A stretch of DNA of 13,185 bases from Chlorokybus atmophyticus (taxonomy: Eukaryota > Plantae > Mesostigma and Chlorokybus algae): contig RHPI01002836.1 in NCBI GenBank assembly GCA_009103225.1, positions 361,303 through 374,487 of the forward strand, in the 5' to 3' direction. The translations under genes were made by a program, and so were the position numbers. The notes under the pieces were generated by a model that had not been told where the DNA came from, made no database searches, and saw nothing but the letters and a program-made list of their open reading frames with translations. Of this stretch, positions 9,600-13,185 are shown piece after piece (position 1 is the first letter of the stretch; each line of letters starts with the position of its first letter).

Positions 9600-9849
9600 A
9601 TGCGGATACGGTATTGAATACGGCAAGCAACTGATACGGCTCGACTTAGGTCAGTCGGGGACACACAGTGGGGAAACCCGGGTCGGGACGCGAAAGACGC
9701 GAGGAAAAGGTTGCGTCGGGACGCAAAACACGGCAAGAAAGTGCCGCGTCGGGACATAAAAACAACGGACGACCCGATATAGTGGTATCAAGTATGGAAG
9801 GTGGGGAACGCGATCCGAGGTAATCCCAATTTCCATCGCCGCATCCCTG
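9600..9849. mobile_element. Possible terminus of a non-autonomous hAT (Ac/Ds-like) DNA transposon
   Basis: CATCCCTG at 9842-9849 is the reverse complement of CAGGGATG, the first 8 nt of the maize Ac TIR. Internal to it are GTCGGGAC at 9682, 9715 and 9748 (exact 33-bp period) and ATACGG three times at 9606-9639, resembling (A/T)CGG subterminal motifs. No partner TIR or TSD was found. Confidence 0.4.
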
Positions 9850-10006
9850 CTCAGCCATTACGCGCCGACGATGTTCATCACCGTCGACTGGTTTTGTCGG
9901 CGTCGGCGTGGCCGCTCACGTGAGCCAACCATACTGAACGACGCTCAACGGTCAACTACATTGAAGTCAACTATACTATATATATTCAAGACAATTGGGC
10001 TGGCGT

Positions 10007-10489
10007 TATGTGACATTGATAGTGTGCTTGTTCACACTTCCTATACTTTGCATGTTGGTATAGTGTAGCACACAATGATTGATAAGTGTGTCAATATCAT
10101 TACAAAGTTTTAAATACTTGCACGGCATCACTCTCACATGCATATACATATACATTTATATGAAAAAAACTTGACAGTTGCAAGCACACAGATATTTACA
10201 ACTTCAAGTCACATGAATGGAAGATATGTATTGCAGTCTATACGTGTATGTGACATTGATAGTGTCCTTGTTCACGCTTCCTATACTTTGCATGTTGGTA
10301 TAGTGTAGCACATAATGATTGAAAAGTGTGTCAATATCATTACAAAGTTTTAAATACTTGCACGGCATCACTCTCACATGCATGTACATATACATTTATA
10401 TGAAAAAAACTTGACAGCTGCAAGCACACAGGTATTTACAACTTCAAGTCACATAAATGGAAGAAATGTATTGCAGTCTATACGTGTAT
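10007..10489. repeat. Tandem direct duplication, 2 x 240 bp, about 96% identical
   Basis: 10007-10246 aligns to 10247-10486 without gaps, with 9 substitutions counted by eye. AT-rich and non-coding. Confidence 0.97.
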
Positions 10490-11269
10490 AAACGCAGCTT
10501 AATCACTTCCACTAATACATTTAAGTCATTACATAGGATTGAAGGTCACTCACTCCGCGTGTCAACTACTGCACGCACGTGCGTGTGTATGTACATGCAC
10601 GCATCCGTTGCACGTAGCTGTATTTGGGTAGGTATAGTTGTGTTATTGTAAACGGCTGTAAGCTTTACACCCCAGCTAGATGAATTGTTCCTACCTGTGT
10701 GTTCGTTATGCTTGTTGTGAGTATTTCTTGCCTGCATTGTGCATGATCCTTTATGTATACTGACGGGTTGTGCCGCATGCTTGAACGCACGCTTAGAGCG
10801 CACCCACACTTGCACCATCACACACACATATGAGACAAACACTAACACGCACATCAATGTGAGTGCTTCATGGTGTAGTGAGTTGACTTGTTCCGCGTGT
10901 CACACTCTCGTGCATGCCGCAATCCTTGCATTCTATATACTATACATGCAGCACAAGCACACGCACACATGCACAAAACCCACCAAGTCAACATCCTTTA
11001 CACAACTAGATCTAAGGGGCTGGCTAGGGAGACATGGTGGGGNTGCCGTGTCCATGCCCAAAGCATTGTGGGGGGGGAGAGGGGGGTTGCGCAATGTAAG
11101 TTGTAGCAGCAACAGCAGGGCAGCATGGGTTAGACGTAATAATAGCCGCCACCCGACCACACTCTACAAGGCAGCGCAGTTCACTGAAGTTGCTGTCGAT
11201 GGTGGAGTAACCATCACTGTGCTTTCACTTCGGCAAGGTCCTGAGATGGCCCACATGTAGGTGTAAGCT

Positions 11270-12250
11270 GCTGTAGATGTGTGCATGCATGTATGTGTGG
11301 CGTGTATATGCGTGTTCGTGTTCGTGTGTGTTGACACATGCATGAGCGTGTGTGCGTGTGTGCATGTATGTGCTAAGTTATGTGTATATGGCGTGCGTGT
11401 GTGGCGTGCGGGTTGGCACCTGCATGTGTGTGCATGACGTTTTGTATATGTGGCGCATGAGTGTGCGTGCGTGTATGTGCAGGCATGGGTGAGGTTGTGC
11501 ATGTGTGGTGTGCATGTGCGTGTGTGTGTGCGCGTGTTGGCACATGCACGTGCGTGGGTGTGTGCGTGCGTGTATGTGTGAGGCTGTGTGTTTATGGCAT
11601 GCGCGTGCGTGCGTGCGTGTATGCTTGAGACTGCGTATGTGTGGCGTGCATGTGCCAACACGCACATGCGCACATGCGTGCGTGTGCGCATGCGTGTACA
11701 TATGTGCATGCATGCGTGCGTGAGGCTGCGTGTATGCAGCGTGCGTGAGTGGGAGTGTGTGCACTTGCGTGTGCGTGTGTGTATGTGTGTGCATTCATAC
11801 GTGCGTGCTTGCGTGCATGTGTGAGGCTGTGTGCGTGTTGGCTCATGCGCGTACGAGTGCGTGCGTGTGCGTGCGTGCTTGTATGCGTGAGACTGCGTAT
11901 GTGTGGCGTGCATGTGCGCGTGCGCATGCGTGTATGTATGTGCATGCGTGCGAGCATGAGGCTGCGTTTCTGTAGCGTGCGTGAGCGGGAGTGTGTGCAC
12001 TTGCGTGTGCGTGTGTGTATGTGTGTGCATTCGTGCGTGCGTGCTTGCGTGTATGTGTGAGGCTGTGTGCGTGTTGGCTCATGCGCGTACAAGTGCGTGC
12101 ACGTGTGCATGCGCATGCGTTCGCGTGTGCGTGTGTGTGAGGCTGCATATGTATGGCGTGCGCGTGCGTGTGTGCGTGTGCGTGCGTGCATGCGTGCGTG
12201 CGTGCATGTGTGTGCGCGTATGTGTGTGCGTCTGTGAGTGTGCGGGTGTT
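11270..12250. repeat. About 1 kb of alternating purine-pyrimidine (TG/CG/TGCA) repeat with a roughly 240-bp higher-order period, a putative intron of the 12918 gene
   Basis: Marker AGGCTGTGTG recurs at 11581, 11824 and 12060. Marker GAGTGTGTGCACTTGCGTGTGCG recurs at about 11753 and 11989. On the minus strand it is bounded by a GAG|GTATGT donor (12259) and a CTCAG acceptor (11241). Confidence 0.9.
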
Positions 12251-12259
12251 GTCACATAC

Positions 12260-12918
12260 CTCCCGCGCTCCACATGCCACTCTTGCAATGCTTGCGGATC
12301 TTCATGTGCTTCGTTGAAGCAATCACGGCAAAACCACATCTTCACGCCTTCTCTCACACTTGTGGCGGTGCGATACACGCATTGTGAGCAATGGTAGACG
12401 GTGTCATAGCGACATACGCAACATTTATGCCGCTTGCTGGCTCGTTGTTCCGCGGTCATTTCTTCTCCATCAGCGTTATGCTCTAAGCACACAATTGTGG
12501 TTCTGTGCACATATGCATAGGTCACGTTGCCACTCATAAACACCACCAGGTTTAAACACATCATGATTGACATGTGTACATCAACTTGCGGTCTGTACCT
12601 TCTGCCGCCTGCCATCAAAGCAATCAGATTTTCCAGCACTCTCACACCGGCGCGAGTTGGAAGTTTCAAAACTTCCGACTGATACTTGCGTCTGTGATGT
12701 TCAACAAGCAGAGGTTGTGTTTGTTTCCCTCGCCCTCCACGCCCACCTCCACGCTCACCATCAGCAGATCTACCCCGTTTTGGGGTTGCCTTTCGCCCTC
12801 CATGACCTCCACCTCCACCTCCACCTCCACCTCCACTCCCACGACCACCACCACCACCACCACCCCCTCTAGCATTGCTGCCTCCACGTCCCCTCTTAGA
12901 AACCTCTGCTCTCGCCAT
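12260..12918 (-). CDS. Gly/Arg-rich N-terminus plus piggyBac-type C-terminal Cys-rich zinc domain (CRD), with no catalytic domain
   Basis: ORF from AAC-ATG-G at 12918. The segment 12304-12423 encodes CCVC-x7-CSQC-x16-CRDCFNEAH, preceded by KRHK and containing TVYHC. This matches the R-x-C-x2-C...T-x-Y-x-C-x2-C...C-x2-CF-x3-H pattern of piggyBac/PGBD C-termini (Pfam Tnp_zf-ribbon_2-like). A likely in-phase 96-nt intron lies at 12598-12503 (AG|GTACAG...CACAG|A), with a donor at 12259. A possible last exon at 11240-11225 would give about 192 aa. Confidence 0.7.
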
Positions 12919-12993
12919 GTTGTGCTAACTCACCCCTCCCACCGCCGCCCTTTCTCACCGCCGCCGCCTCCGCCGCCCGCTAACTACCAGCAA

Positions 12994-13110
12994 TTTTGCG
13001 CTGGTGCAGACTGCAAACGTTTTCCCGCCGCAAAAATGCGGCTCCTTTGCAAATTTTCGCATTTTGCGGCGGGATGCATGTTTCAGTGGAAAACCACCGC
13101 AAAAGTGCGG
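12994..13110. repeat. Array of CCGCAAAA/TTTTGCGG palindromic motifs upstream of the CRD gene
   Basis: CCGCAAAAATGCGG at 13028-13041, CCGCAAAAGTGCGG at 13097-13110, inverted arms 13024-13040/13058-13073, and TTTTGCG at 12994-13000. Confidence 0.85.
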
Positions 13111-13140
13111 AGTTGTGTAAGCTACTGCACATCTGTGGCG

Positions 13141-13142
<2 letters not shown>

Positions 13143-13185
<43 letters not shown>
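13143..13185. repeat. (GA)n microsatellite running off the window end
   Basis: Pure GA run. Confidence 0.99.

Noticed and set aside
9682-9770. Mini-CRISPR (three repeats, 33-bp period)
   Set aside because: The conserved core is only 8 bp and the spacers are mutually similar. It fits transposon subterminal repeats better.
11164-12397. His/Thr-rich and Cys/Val-rich ORFs of up to 288 aa
   Set aside because: Products of the TG/CA repeat in multiple frames on both strands, with no domain signal.
12666-12887. Poly-Val/VEVE and HLHL ORFs overlapping the Gly-rich region
   Set aside because: Alternative frames of the GGT/GGAGGT repeats. Only the Gly frame is continuous with the CRD.
12900-13142. 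Canonical piggyBac left end (TTAA plus TIR)
   Set aside because: No TTAA occurs in this interval and no matching TIR pair could be identified, so a complete piggyBac element is not called.

Overview
Repeat-rich eukaryotic nuclear DNA from a draft assembly, with a 933-N gap at 7005-7937. The GT-AG splice signals, microsatellites and TG/CA-rich spacers look algal or plant-like, but the taxon cannot be fixed from sequence alone. Two protein-level calls are well supported. (1) A decayed LTR-retrotransposon gag on the minus strand (630-2010) has two in-frame stops and one +1 frameshift. A candidate tRNA primer-binding site lies at 2501-2510, a probable LTR lies beyond it, and there is no pol. (2) A minus-strand gene starting at 12918 joins a Gly/Arg-rich N-terminus to a piggyBac-type C-terminal Cys-rich zinc domain, with no DDD catalytic core. 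An array of TGCGG/CCGCA palindromes lies upstream of it. Between these are a dense fold-back array built from a CAGCCTATGAG core (5851-6093, including a perfect 35-bp-arm palindrome), dispersed relatives of that core, a cluster of GC-rich hairpins plus an unpaired Ac-like terminus (9215-9849), a 240-bp tandem duplication, several exon-like islands of uncertain status and long simple repeats. Most long ORFs in the supplied track are artefacts of microsatellites or the N gap.
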